Shown: piece by piece, positions 10,979 through 20,376 of the stretch
Layout of the letters: each line of letters begins with the position of its first letter
Position numbering within the stretch: the stretch's first letter is position 1
Source: Alphaproteobacteria bacterium
GTDB taxonomy: Bacteria > Pseudomonadota > Alphaproteobacteria > Bin95
Assembly (NCBI GenBank): GCA_963665325.3
Contig: CAXXWS020000002.1
Span: forward strand, 224,001 to 288,000
Reading direction: 5' to 3'
DNA length: 64,000 nucleotides
Position numbers and translations under genes: made by a program
Notes under the pieces: model-generated
Seen by the model: only the letters and a program-made list of their open reading frames with translations
Told to the model about the DNA's origin: nothing
Databases searched by the model: none

Positions 10979-12189
10979 GCGTCACCGTCTCCACCTTGCC
11001 GAACGGCCTCAGGGTCGCCACCGACACCATGACCACCGTCGAGACCGTCTCGCTCGGCATGTGGGTTGGCGTCGGGGCGCGCCATGAGCGCGAGGCCGAG
11101 AACGGCGTCTCGCACCTGCTGGAGCACATGGCCTTCAAGGGCACGGAACGACGCACGGCCGGCGACATCGCCCGCGAGATCGAGGCGGTGGGCGGGTTCC
11201 TGAACGCCTATACGGCGCGGGAGGTCACGGCCTATTACGCCAAGGTGCTGAAGGAGGATGCGGCGCTGGCGGTCGATATCCTGGCCGACATCCTGACCGG
11301 CTCCGTCTTCGACGCGGCGGAACTGGAGCGCGAGCGCACCGTCATCCTGCAGGAGATCGGGCAGGCGCAGGACTTTCCGGAAGACGTAGCCTTCGACCTG
11401 TTCCAGGAGACTGCCTATCCCGCGCAGGCCATGGGGCGCAGCATTCTCGGTCGCCCGGAAGTGGTGCGCTCGCTGCCGCGGGAGGCCGTGGCGGGCTGGA
11501 TGGGGGAGCGCTACCGGGCGCCGGCCATGGTGCTGGCGGCGGCGGGGCATATCGAGCACGAGGAGCTGCTCGGCCTGGCGGAGCGCTATTTCGCGGACCT
11601 GCCGACGGCGCCGGCGCCCGTGCCGGAGGCTGCGCACTATGCGGGCGGCGACGTGCGCGAGCGCCGCGACATCGAGCAGAGCCACCTGGTGCTGGGGTTC
11701 GAGGGGCCGAGTTTCCGCGAGGCCGGGTTCTACCCCGCGCAGGTCTTCTCCACGCTCTACGGAGGCGGCATGTCCTCGCGGCTCTTCCAGGAGGTGCGGG
11801 AGAAGCGCGGGCTGGTCTATTCGATCTATTCCTTCGCCTCGTCGGCCGCCGACACCGGGATCGTCGGCGTCTATGCCGGCACGGCGAGCGAGAGCGTGGA
11901 CGAAGTGCTCGCCATCGTGCGCGGCGAACTGGAGGACCTGGCGGGCGGCGGGCCGGACGAGGACGAGCTTGCCTGCGCCCGCGCCCAGCTTCGCGCCAGC
12001 CTGCTGATGGCGCGCGAAAGCACCTCCTCGCGCTGCGAGCAGCTTGCCCAGCAACTCCTGGTCCACAACCGCCCGATCCCGCCGGAAGAGCTGACCGAGC
12101 GCGTCGAGGCGGTGGGTGCAGCCGATGTCACGGACATCGCTGCCCGCTGCGCCGCCGCGCCCTCAAGCCTCGTTGTGCTCGGGCCCTGA
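10975..12189 (+). CDS. M16 family zinc peptidase (pitrilysin/MPP-like)
   Basis: Inverted zinc motif HLLEH...FKGT, NAYT and GGMSSRLFQEVREKRGLVY; ATGA overlap with thrC. Confidence 0.95.
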   Translation: MSVTVSTLPNGLRVATDTMTTVETVSLGMWVGVGARHEREAENGVSHLLEHMAFKGTERRTAGDIAREIEAVGGFLNAYTAREVTAYYAKVLKEDAALAVDILADILTGSVFDAAELERERTVILQEIGQAQDFPEDVAFDLFQETAYPAQAMGRSILGRPEVVRSLPREAVAGWMGERYRAPAMVLAAAGHIEHEELLGLAERYFADLPTAPAPVPEAAHYAGGDVRERRDIEQSHLVLGFEGPSFREAGFYPAQVFSTLYGGGMSSRLFQEVREKRGLVYSIYSFASSAADTGIVGVYAGTASESVDEVLAIVRGELEDLAGGGPDEDELACARAQLRASLLMARESTSSRCEQLAQQLLVHNRPIPPEELTERVEAVGAADVTDIAARCAAAPSSLVVLGP

Positions 12190-12207
12190 GCGAAGGAAAA
12201 CACGGAC

Positions 12208-12945
12208 ATGGCGAAGACGGCAATTGTAACGGGCGGGAGCCGGGGGATCGGGGCTTCGGTTTGCCGGCTGCTGGGGGCGGACGGCTGGAATGTCGTCGTG
12301 AACTACGCCGGCAGGGCCGATGCCGCGGAGGCGGTTGTGCGCGAGGTGGAGGCGGCCGGCGGGCGCGCGCTTGCCGCGCAGGCGGATGTGGCGCTGAAGG
12401 CCGACGTGGACCGGCTGTTCGCGGCGGGCGACGAGGCGTTCGGAGGGCTCGACGCGCTGGTCAACAATGCGGGCGTGATCGGGCGGCGGGGCCGGTTCGA
12501 GGCGCTCGACGGGCCGGTGATGGAGGAGGTACTGGCCGTCAATGTGCTCGGCTGCATGCTGTGCGCCCTGGCCGCGATCCCGCGCCTCTCTACCCGCCAC
12601 GGAGGGCGCGGCGGCTCTATCGTCAACATTTCCTCGGGCAATGCCGTATCCGGCGGTCCGGGCGAGTCCGTCCTTTACAGTGTGTCCAAGGGCGCGGTGA
12701 ACTCGCTCACCATCGGCCTCTCGCAGGAGCTTGCCGGCGAGGGCGTGCGCGTCAACACGGTCAGCCCCGGCTTGACCGCCACCGACATGCCGGGACCGGA
12801 AAAGCTCACCGCCATCGGGCCCACCATCCCGATGGGCCGCGTCGCCCATCCCGACGAGATCGCCGAGGGCGTGGTTTGGCTGCTGTCCAACAAGGCCTCC
12901 TATGTCGCGGGCGCCAATCTCCGCATAGGCGGCGGGCGACCCTGA
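12208..12945 (+). CDS. short-chain dehydrogenase/reductase
   Basis: TGGSRGIG, NNAG, YSVSKG (YxxxK) and VNTVSPG. Confidence 0.93.
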   Translation: MAKTAIVTGGSRGIGASVCRLLGADGWNVVVNYAGRADAAEAVVREVEAAGGRALAAQADVALKADVDRLFAAGDEAFGGLDALVNNAGVIGRRGRFEALDGPVMEEVLAVNVLGCMLCALAAIPRLSTRHGGRGGSIVNISSGNAVSGGPGESVLYSVSKGAVNSLTIGLSQELAGEGVRVNTVSPGLTATDMPGPEKLTAIGPTIPMGRVAHPDEIAEGVVWLLSNKASYVAGANLRIGGGRP

Positions 12946-12973
12946 ACCGAACTCCCGCCCGGCGGATGCGTCC

Positions 12974-13918
12974 ATGAGACCGTTGGACAATCGGGCGCCG
13001 CCGGGGCAGCCTGCCGGCATCATGATGGACCGATTCCCCTATGTTCCGCTGCCGGAGCGCCCGAAGCTGGTCTGGCCCGACGGCAAGCGGCTCGCCGTCT
13101 GGGTGCTGCCCAATATCGAGCATTACGAATACCGCCCGGAATTCGTGAACCAGCGCAATGCCTGGCCGCGTATGCCGGCCCCGGATGTGGTCGGCTACGG
13201 CGTGCGCGACTACGGCAACCGCGTCGGCGTGTGGCGGATGCTCGATGTGTTCGCGCGGCACGGCATCAAGGCCACGGTCTCGCTGAATTTCGGCGTGATC
13301 GAGCACTACCCCGAGGTCTGGCAAGCCTTGCGCGAGCGCGGCGACGACATCCTCTGCCACGGCTTCTACAACACGAGATATCTCTGGGGGCTCCCGGAAG
13401 AAGAGGAGCGCGCGGTCATCCGCGACTGCGTCGAGACCTACGCGCGTGCCACAGGCGGCGAGATGCTGCCGGGCTGGTTCGGCCCCGCGGTCTCCGGCAC
13501 CTTCAACACGGCCGACATCGTGAAGGAGCTCGGCATCCGATATACGGCCGACTACTACCATGACGACCAGCCGACCCTGGTGCACACGAAACACGGGCCG
13601 CTGCCCTGTGTGCCCTATTCGATGGATATCAACGATGCGCAGGTCTATCGCTGGCAAAGCGAGGGCGTGGAGTTCGCGCGTATGATCCGCGACGCCTTCG
13701 ACACCCTTTACGAGGAAAGTGCGGAGACCGGGCGGGTGCTGGCGATCTGCCTGCACCCCTTCCTCTACGGCCAGCCGCACCGGCTCAAATATCTCGACGA
13801 GGCGCTGGCCTATGTGATGAGCCACGAGGGCGTGTGGCAGGCGACCGGCTCCGAGATTACCGACTGGGCGATGCGGGAATGGCTGCCCTCATGGGCCATG
13901 CCGGAGGCGGAGGCATGA
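12974..13918 (+). CDS. polysaccharide deacetylase family protein (PuuE/allantoinase-like)
   Basis: RPKLVWPDGKRLAV, DYGNRVGVWR, DDQP and ICLHPFLYGQPHR. Alternative starts at 13022/13025. Confidence 0.88.
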   Translation: MRPLDNRAPPGQPAGIMMDRFPYVPLPERPKLVWPDGKRLAVWVLPNIEHYEYRPEFVNQRNAWPRMPAPDVVGYGVRDYGNRVGVWRMLDVFARHGIKATVSLNFGVIEHYPEVWQALRERGDDILCHGFYNTRYLWGLPEEEERAVIRDCVETYARATGGEMLPGWFGPAVSGTFNTADIVKELGIRYTADYYHDDQPTLVHTKHGPLPCVPYSMDINDAQVYRWQSEGVEFARMIRDAFDTLYEESAETGRVLAICLHPFLYGQPHRLKYLDEALAYVMSHEGVWQATGSEITDWAMREWLPSWAMPEAEA

Positions 13919-14823
13919 GCGAGCAGACGCGCCGCTTCCGCGACGGCCCAGGCTACGACCACCCCTGGTTCGACTGGCCGCCGCCGGAGGCCCCGCCCGC
14001 CTGGCCCGGCGGCGCGCGGCTTGCGGTGATGCCGCTCATCCATGTCGAGCATTTCGAGCTGGACCCCGACCCGGATGCGTTTGCCGACCCGCGCTTTGCC
14101 GGCGCGCTCGGCAGCTACCGCCCGGACTACAACAATTTCACCCGCCGCCTTTACGGCCTGCGCGTCGGCGTCTGGCGCATTTTCGACATCCTGAAGGCGC
14201 ACGGGCTTCGGGCGACCGTCGCGCTCGGCGCCGCCGCCGCCGAGGAGTGCCCGCAGATTGTTGAGCGCGCGCTCAAGGACGGCCATGGCATTGCCGCGCA
14301 TGGAACGGTCGCCAACCGGATGATTTCCGAGCGTATGAGCGAGGCGGAGGAGCGCGCCTTCATCGCCGAGTCGGCTGCGCGGCTCGAAGCCTGCCTGGGC
14401 AACCGGCCGCGCGGCTGGGTCGGGCAGGACCACGGCGAAAGCTCGCGCACGCCGGGCCTGCTGGCGGAGGCCGGCTTCGACCATGTCATCGACTGGCCGA
14501 ACGACGAATGTCCGGTACCCATGCTGACGGTGCCGACAATGCTCTCGATCCCGGCCCACACGGAATGGGACGACGCGGAGCTGTTCGCCGTGCGCAAGGT
14601 CGATGCCTGGCGCTATCCGGAACTCATCGCGGATGCCGCCGAATGCCTGCACGGCGAGGGCGGGCGCATGATGACGCTCGGCATCCACAGCTGGATCTTC
14701 GGCCAGCCGCACCGCAGCCGCCATCTCGACGCGGCGCTCGGCCGGCTGCTCGAACTGGACGGCCTCTGGAATGCGACCTCGGACGAGATCGCCGATACCA
14801 TGTTGGAGACTGCACAGCCATGA
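13915..14823 (+). CDS. polysaccharide deacetylase family protein, second paralog
   Basis: WPGGARLAV, YGLRVGVWR, PRGW, WPNDECP and GIHSWIFGQPHR; ATGA overlap. Confidence 0.85.
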   Translation: MSEQTRRFRDGPGYDHPWFDWPPPEAPPAWPGGARLAVMPLIHVEHFELDPDPDAFADPRFAGALGSYRPDYNNFTRRLYGLRVGVWRIFDILKAHGLRATVALGAAAAEECPQIVERALKDGHGIAAHGTVANRMISERMSEAEERAFIAESAARLEACLGNRPRGWVGQDHGESSRTPGLLAEAGFDHVIDWPNDECPVPMLTVPTMLSIPAHTEWDDAELFAVRKVDAWRYPELIADAAECLHGEGGRMMTLGIHSWIFGQPHRSRHLDAALGRLLELDGLWNATSDEIADTMLETAQP

Positions 14824-16358
14824 ACGGCGCGGAAAGCCTTGTCACGACGCTTGTGGGCGGCGGGGTCGATGTCTGCTTCACCAATCCCGGCACCTCGGAA
14901 ATGCATTTCGTGGCGGCGCTCGACCGCGTGGACGGGATGCGCTCCGTGCTCTGCCTGTTCGAAGGCGTGGTGTCGGGCGCGGCCGACGGCTACTGGCGCA
15001 TGGCCCGGCGTCCGTCGGCGACCCTGCTGCATCTGGGGCCGGGGCTCGGCAATGCGGTTGCCAACCTGCACAATGCGAAGAAGGCGCATTCCGGCATCGT
15101 CAACATTGTCGGCGAGCACGCCACCTTCCACATCGAGCACGACGCGCCGCTGACCGCCGACATCGAAGGCATCGCCCGGCCGGTGTCGCACTGGGTCCAC
15201 ACTTCGCGCGATTCCACCACGGTCGCCGAAGACGGAGCGCGGGCCATCGCGGAGGCGAAAGCGGCGCCGGGGCGCATCGCCACCCTGATCCTGCCGGGCG
15301 ACACGGCCTGGAATGCCGCGAACGGTGTGGCCTCCGTGCCCGATGTCGCGCCGCCCGCCAAGGTGAATGAAGAGGCCGTCGCGGAGGCGGCGGAGGCCGC
15401 GGGCGAGGGCTGCATGCTGTTGCTCAGCGGCGACGCGCTGACGGAACGGGGCCTCGCGCTCGCCGGGGCGATTGCAGCGAAGACGGGCTCGGCCTTGCTA
15501 GCGCAGACCTCCAACGCGGTGCTGCAGCGCGGGGCGGGGCGGGTCCCGGTCGGGCGCGTGCCGTTCCCGGTGCTCCAGGCCGTGGAGCAACTCAAGGACA
15601 TGCATACGGTCGTGCTCGTCGGGGCGAAGGCCCCGGTGGCGTTCTTCGGCTATCCGGACCGTCCGAGCGTCGTGACCTCCGAGGGTTGCGAGATCCGCTG
15701 CCTTGCGGCAATCGAGGAGGATCAACTGGACGCCCTGGAACGGCTCGCCGACCGCGTTGGCGCGCGTATCGAGGATGCGCCGGTGCAGAAGCCCTTCAAG
15801 CCGGACCTGCCGACGGGCGCGTTCGACCTCGACAAGCTGGCCGCCATTCTCGGCAACACGATCCCCGAGAACGCGATCTGCATCGATGAGTCCGTGACCA
15901 CCGGGCGCGGCTTCTATCCGCTGACGGCCGGTGCGCCGCCGCATGACTGGCTGCAGAACATGGGCGGCTCCATCGGCTATGGCGGCCCCTGCGCGGTGGG
16001 CGCGGCCATTGCCTGCCCGGACCGCAAGGTGCTGGCGATGATCGGCGACGGCAGCGCGATGTACACGATCCAGGCGCTGTGGACGATGGCCCGCGAGAAC
16101 CTCGACATCACCGTCGTGATCTGGGCCAATCGCACCTACCAGATCCTCAAGGGCGAACTCGCCAACGTCGGCGCCGGCAATCCGGGCCGCAAGGCGCTGG
16201 ACATGCTCGATATCGGCAGGCCCGATATGAACTTCGTCGAAATGGCCCGCGGCATGGGCGTGGACGGCGAGCGCGCCGAAAACTGCGAGGGGCTGATACG
16301 TGCGCTGGGACGCGCGAATGCCGAGCGCGGCCCCTACCTGATCGAGGCGGTTCTCTGA
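14820..16358 (+). CDS. ThDP-dependent enzyme (acetolactate synthase-like, function unknown)
   Basis: MNGAESLV, FTNPGTSE, LLHLGPG and ThDP motif GDGSAMYT...N; ATGA overlap. Confidence 0.9.
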   Translation: MNGAESLVTTLVGGGVDVCFTNPGTSEMHFVAALDRVDGMRSVLCLFEGVVSGAADGYWRMARRPSATLLHLGPGLGNAVANLHNAKKAHSGIVNIVGEHATFHIEHDAPLTADIEGIARPVSHWVHTSRDSTTVAEDGARAIAEAKAAPGRIATLILPGDTAWNAANGVASVPDVAPPAKVNEEAVAEAAEAAGEGCMLLLSGDALTERGLALAGAIAAKTGSALLAQTSNAVLQRGAGRVPVGRVPFPVLQAVEQLKDMHTVVLVGAKAPVAFFGYPDRPSVVTSEGCEIRCLAAIEEDQLDALERLADRVGARIEDAPVQKPFKPDLPTGAFDLDKLAAILGNTIPENAICIDESVTTGRGFYPLTAGAPPHDWLQNMGGSIGYGGPCAVGAAIACPDRKVLAMIGDGSAMYTIQALWTMARENLDITVVIWANRTYQILKGELANVGAGNPGRKALDMLDIGRPDMNFVEMARGMGVDGERAENCEGLIRALGRANAERGPYLIEAVL

Positions 16359-16370
16359 CAGAACTGTAAC

Positions 16371-16399
16371 TGGACCGCCTCGGGGCCGGGCCGCATAAT
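16371..16399 (+). promoter_or_regulatory. putative sigma70 promoter of yejABEF (leaderless)
   Basis: TGGACC-N17-CATAAT, 7 nt before ATG 16407; no Shine-Dalgarno sequence. Confidence 0.4.
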
Positions 16400-16406
16400 C
16401 GCCGCT

Positions 16407-18224
16407 ATGCGTATATTTTTCCTGCTTATGCTCTGCGCGATTCTCGTCCCGGTGGACGGCCGTGCGGAGACGATCCATCGCGCCCATGCCATCGCCATGC
16501 ATGGCGAGCCGAAATATCCGGCCGGATTCCCGCATTTTGACTATGTGAACCCGGAGGCTCCGAAGGGCGGCGCCGTCCGGTTCGGCGTTCAGGGCAGTTT
16601 CGACACCTTCAACCCCTATAACGGCAAGGGCAATGCCGCCGGGATGGCCAACCCCGTCGAGACCCTCTTGACCGGCAGCGATGACGAGCCGTTCACCGCA
16701 TACGGCCTGATCGCGGAAAGCGTCGAGTGGCCGGAAGACCGGTCCTGGGTCGTCTTCCATCTGCGTGAGGAGGCGCGCTGGCACGACGGCAAGCCGATCA
16801 CGGTCGAGGATGTGATCTTCTCGCTGGAGTTGTTGAAGACTCAGGGCGAGCCCTTCTTCCGACATTATTACCGAGATGTCGACAAGGGCGAGAAGATCGG
16901 TCCGCGAAGCATCCGGTTCCGGTTTTCGAGCGGCTCCAACCGAGAACTGCCGCTGATCGTCGGCCAGATTCCGGTCCTACCGAAACATTACTGGGAGGGG
17001 CGGGACTTCCAGGAGACGACCCTCGATCCGCCGCTCGGCAGCGGCCCCTACCGGGTCTCGTCCTTCGAGACGGGACGCTATCTCGAACTGGAGCGCGTCG
17101 GGGACTATTGGGGCCGCGACCTGCCGGTGCGGCGCGGCACGGGTAATTTTGACCGCCTCCGCTACGAGTATTTCCGCGACACGACGGCCATTCGCGAGGC
17201 GCTCAAATCCGGCGACCTGGATTACCGGGAAGAGAACATCTCCAAGTCCTGGGCCACGGAATACGACATCGAGGCGGTGAAAAAAGGATGGCTGAAAAAG
17301 GAGAGCATCGAGCACGGACGGGTTGCGGGGATGCAGGCCTTTGTCTTCAACACCCGGCGCGACATCTTCAAGGACCGGCGGGTGCGCCGCGCGCTCGGTT
17401 ACGCCTTTGATTTCGAGTGGTCGAACCGGACCCTCTTCTACGGCATCTACAACAGGACGGAGAGCTATTTCGACAACTCGGAGCTTGCCTCCTCCGGGTT
17501 GCCGGAGGGCCGCGAACTGGAGCTTCTGGAGCCCTACCGCGACCGCCTGCCGCCGGAGGTCTTCACCGAGCCTTTCGAACTGCCGAAGACCGACGGGCAG
17601 GGCTGGCCGCGCGAGAATTACCGCGCTGCGCTGCGCCTGTTGAAGGCGGCGGGCTGGGAACTCCGCGACCTGAAGCTGGTCCATATCGAGTCAGGCAAGC
17701 CGATGGCCTTCGAAGTGCTGCTGCGCAATCCGGCCTTCGAGCGCGTCTTCCTGCCCTTTGCGCGCAACCTCAAGCGGCTGGGCGTCGAAGCCCGCATTCG
17801 CCTGGTGGACCCCTCGCAATATTCGCAGCGCGTGCGGGGGCGCGATTTCGACATGATCGTCGGAGGTTGGGGCCAGAGCCATTCGCCGGGCAACGAACAG
17901 CGGGACTATTGGGGCTCCGCCGCCGCCGACCAGTTCGCCAGCCGCAATCCGGCCGGCATAGTCGATCCCGCGGTCGACGCCCTTGTGGAGAGCCTGATCG
18001 CCGCTCCCGACCGGCAGGAATTGGTCTACCGCACCAGGGCCCTCGACCGGGTGCTGCTGCACGGCTACTGGATTATCCCGAACTGGCACACCTCTGCCGA
18101 CCGCGTCCTCTACTGGGACAGGTTCGGGCGTCCGCCAACCGTGCCGATGGACGGCGTAAACACGAACCGCTGGTGGTTCAACCCCGCGAAGGCCGCCGCA
18201 CTGGAAGCGGCGCGCGGCGGCTGA
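16407..18224 (+). CDS. yejA: ABC transporter peptide-binding protein YejA
   Basis: HAIAMHGEPKY..FPHFDYVNPEAPKGG, YGLIAESVE, PPLGSGPY and ALDRVLLHG. Confidence 0.92.
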   Translation: MRIFFLLMLCAILVPVDGRAETIHRAHAIAMHGEPKYPAGFPHFDYVNPEAPKGGAVRFGVQGSFDTFNPYNGKGNAAGMANPVETLLTGSDDEPFTAYGLIAESVEWPEDRSWVVFHLREEARWHDGKPITVEDVIFSLELLKTQGEPFFRHYYRDVDKGEKIGPRSIRFRFSSGSNRELPLIVGQIPVLPKHYWEGRDFQETTLDPPLGSGPYRVSSFETGRYLELERVGDYWGRDLPVRRGTGNFDRLRYEYFRDTTAIREALKSGDLDYREENISKSWATEYDIEAVKKGWLKKESIEHGRVAGMQAFVFNTRRDIFKDRRVRRALGYAFDFEWSNRTLFYGIYNRTESYFDNSELASSGLPEGRELELLEPYRDRLPPEVFTEPFELPKTDGQGWPRENYRAALRLLKAAGWELRDLKLVHIESGKPMAFEVLLRNPAFERVFLPFARNLKRLGVEARIRLVDPSQYSQRVRGRDFDMIVGGWGQSHSPGNEQRDYWGSAAADQFASRNPAGIVDPAVDALVESLIAAPDRQELVYRTRALDRVLLHGYWIIPNWHTSADRVLYWDRFGRPPTVPMDGVNTNRWWFNPAKAAALEAARGG

Positions 18225-18255
18225 CAGCCCGCCGGCAGCGCTCACAAGCCGGCCG

Positions 18256-19344
18256 ATGGCAGCCTATATCCTGCGCCGCCTGGCGCTGATGGCGCCGACC
18301 TTTCTCGGCATCATCCTCATCAATTTCGTCGTCATCCAGTTCGCCCCCGGCGGACCGGTCGATCAGGCGATCGCGCAGCTGGAGGGCTATGGCGACGCGG
18401 CGATCGAACGTGTGACCCGCGGCGGCGCGGAGATCGTGCGCAGCGCGGAGAGTTCCGACAGCCGCTACCGGGGCGCGCAGGGCCTCGACCCCGCCTATAT
18501 CGCCGAACTGGAGAAGCGTTTCGGCTTCGACAGGCCGGTGCATGAGCGCTTCTTCAAGATGGTCGGCGACTATCTGAGCTTCGATTTCGGCGAAAGCTAT
18601 TTCCGCGATGAGCGCGTCGTGGACCTCGTGCTCGAAAAGATGCCGGTCTCGATCTCGCTCGGCCTGTGGACGACCTTGCTGGTCTATCTCATCTCGATCC
18701 CGCTCGGCGTCGCCAAGGCGGTGCGCGACGGCTCGCGCTTCGACATCTGGACGAGCGCGCTCGTGGTGGTGGGTAACGCGATTCCCTCCTTCATCTTCGC
18801 GGTCATGCTGCTCGTGCTGTTCGCCGGCGGCAGCTATTTCGACTGGTTCCCGCTTAAGGGCCTGAGTTCCGAAGGGGCGGAGGGCTGGCCGTGGTATTCG
18901 CAGGTCGCCGACTATTTCTGGCATCTGGCGCTGCCGATAACGGCCATGGTCGTCGGCGGCTTCGCGACGCTCACCCTGCTCACCAAGAACTCGTTCCTCG
19001 ACCAGATAAGTCAGCAATATGTGCTGACGGCGAGGGCGAAGGGGCTGACCGAGCGCCGGGTGCTCTACGGCCATGTCTTCCGCAACGCCATGCTGATCGT
19101 CATTGCCGGCTTCCCGGCGGCCTTCGTCGGGGTCCTGTTCACTGGCGCGGTGTTGATCGAGACGATCTTTTCGCTGGACGGCCTCGGACTGCTCGGCTTC
19201 GAGGCGGCGCTCAACCGCGACTATCCGATCATGTTCGCCTCGCTCTGGTTCTTCACCCTGCTCGGCCTCGTCATGCAGCTCATCGGAGACCTCACCTACA
19301 TGCTGGTGGACCCGCGCATCGACTTCGAGACACGGCAGGTCTGA
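18256..19344 (+). CDS. yejB: ABC transporter permease YejB
   Basis: IQFAPGGPV, YRGAQGLDP, FDFGESYF, LTKNSFLD and TARAKGL. Confidence 0.94.
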   Translation: MAAYILRRLALMAPTFLGIILINFVVIQFAPGGPVDQAIAQLEGYGDAAIERVTRGGAEIVRSAESSDSRYRGAQGLDPAYIAELEKRFGFDRPVHERFFKMVGDYLSFDFGESYFRDERVVDLVLEKMPVSISLGLWTTLLVYLISIPLGVAKAVRDGSRFDIWTSALVVVGNAIPSFIFAVMLLVLFAGGSYFDWFPLKGLSSEGAEGWPWYSQVADYFWHLALPITAMVVGGFATLTLLTKNSFLDQISQQYVLTARAKGLTERRVLYGHVFRNAMLIVIAGFPAAFVGVLFTGAVLIETIFSLDGLGLLGFEAALNRDYPIMFASLWFFTLLGLVMQLIGDLTYMLVDPRIDFETRQV

Positions 19345-19347
19345 GGC

Positions 19348-20376
19348 GTGTCCCTGAGCCCGCTTGCACGCCGGCGCCTCGCCAATTTCCGCGCCAACCG
19401 GCGGGGCTGGTGGTCGCTCTGGATTTTCCTCGCGCTCTTCCTGCTCTCGCTCGGCGCGGAGTTCATCGCCAACGACAAGCCCTTCGTCGTCTTCTATGAC
19501 GGCGGGCTCTATCTGCCGGTCTTCGAGCGCTATCCGGAGACCGTCTTCGGCGGCGAGTTCGAGGTCGAGGCCGACTACCGCGACCCTTATGTCCGCGAAC
19601 TGATTGCGGAGAAGGGCTGGATGCTGAACCCGATCATCGCATACGACTACCGCACGGTCGCCTGGGACCTGCCGACGCCGGCCCCGTCTGCGCCCGACGC
19701 GGAGCATTGGCTCGGCACGGACGACCAGGCCCGCGATGTCGTGGCGCGCCTCATCTACGGGTTCCGCGTCTCGGTGCTGTTCGGCCTCACGCTCACGCTC
19801 TTCAGCAGTATCGTCGGCGTGGCGGCCGGCGCCGTGCAGGGCTATTTCGGCGGCTGGACCGATCTCATCGGCCAGCGCATGATCGAAATCTGGGGCAGCA
19901 TGCCGACGCTCTACCTGCTCATCATTCTCGCCAGCACGATCACGCCGACCTTCTGGTGGCTGCTCGGGCTGCTGCTGCTGTTCTCCTGGATCGCGCTGGT
20001 CGGGCTGGTGCGCGCCGAGTTCCTGCGGGCGCGCAATTTCGACTATGTGCGCGCCGCCCGCGCTCTCGGCGTCTCCAACCCGGTGGTCATCTTCCGCCAT
20101 GTGCTGCCGAATGCGCTGGTGGCGACGATCACCTTCCTGCCCTTCGTGCTGATCGGCGCCATCACCTCGCTGACGGGCCTGGACTTCCTCGGCTTCGGCC
20201 TGCCGGTCGGCTCCGCCTCGCTCGGCGAACTGCTGGCGCAGGGCAAGGCCAACCTGCAGGCGCCCTGGCTCGGCCTCACCGCCTTCTTCTCGCTTGCCGT
20301 GCTGCTCTCGCTGCTGGTGTTCATCGGCGAGGCGGTGCGCGACGCCTTCGACCCGCGCAAGGGCCTCTCGGCATGA
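19348..20376 (+). CDS. yejE: ABC transporter permease YejE
   Basis: FRANRRGWWSL, EFIANDKP, YPETVFGG and WLGTDDQARDV; GTG start. Confidence 0.94.
   Translation: MSLSPLARRRLANFRANRRGWWSLWIFLALFLLSLGAEFIANDKPFVVFYDGGLYLPVFERYPETVFGGEFEVEADYRDPYVRELIAEKGWMLNPIIAYDYRTVAWDLPTPAPSAPDAEHWLGTDDQARDVVARLIYGFRVSVLFGLTLTLFSSIVGVAAGAVQGYFGGWTDLIGQRMIEIWGSMPTLYLLIILASTITPTFWWLLGLLLLFSWIALVGLVRAEFLRARNFDYVRAARALGVSNPVVIFRHVLPNALVATITFLPFVLIGAITSLTGLDFLGFGLPVGSASLGELLAQGKANLQAPWLGLTAFFSLAVLLSLLVFIGEAVRDAFDPRKGLSA

Noticed and set aside
14820-16358. Calling this gene ilvB/ilvG
   Set aside because: It has no small-subunit partner, a divergent sequence and a catabolic context; the canonical ilvI-ilvH-ilvC is at 59425-62810.
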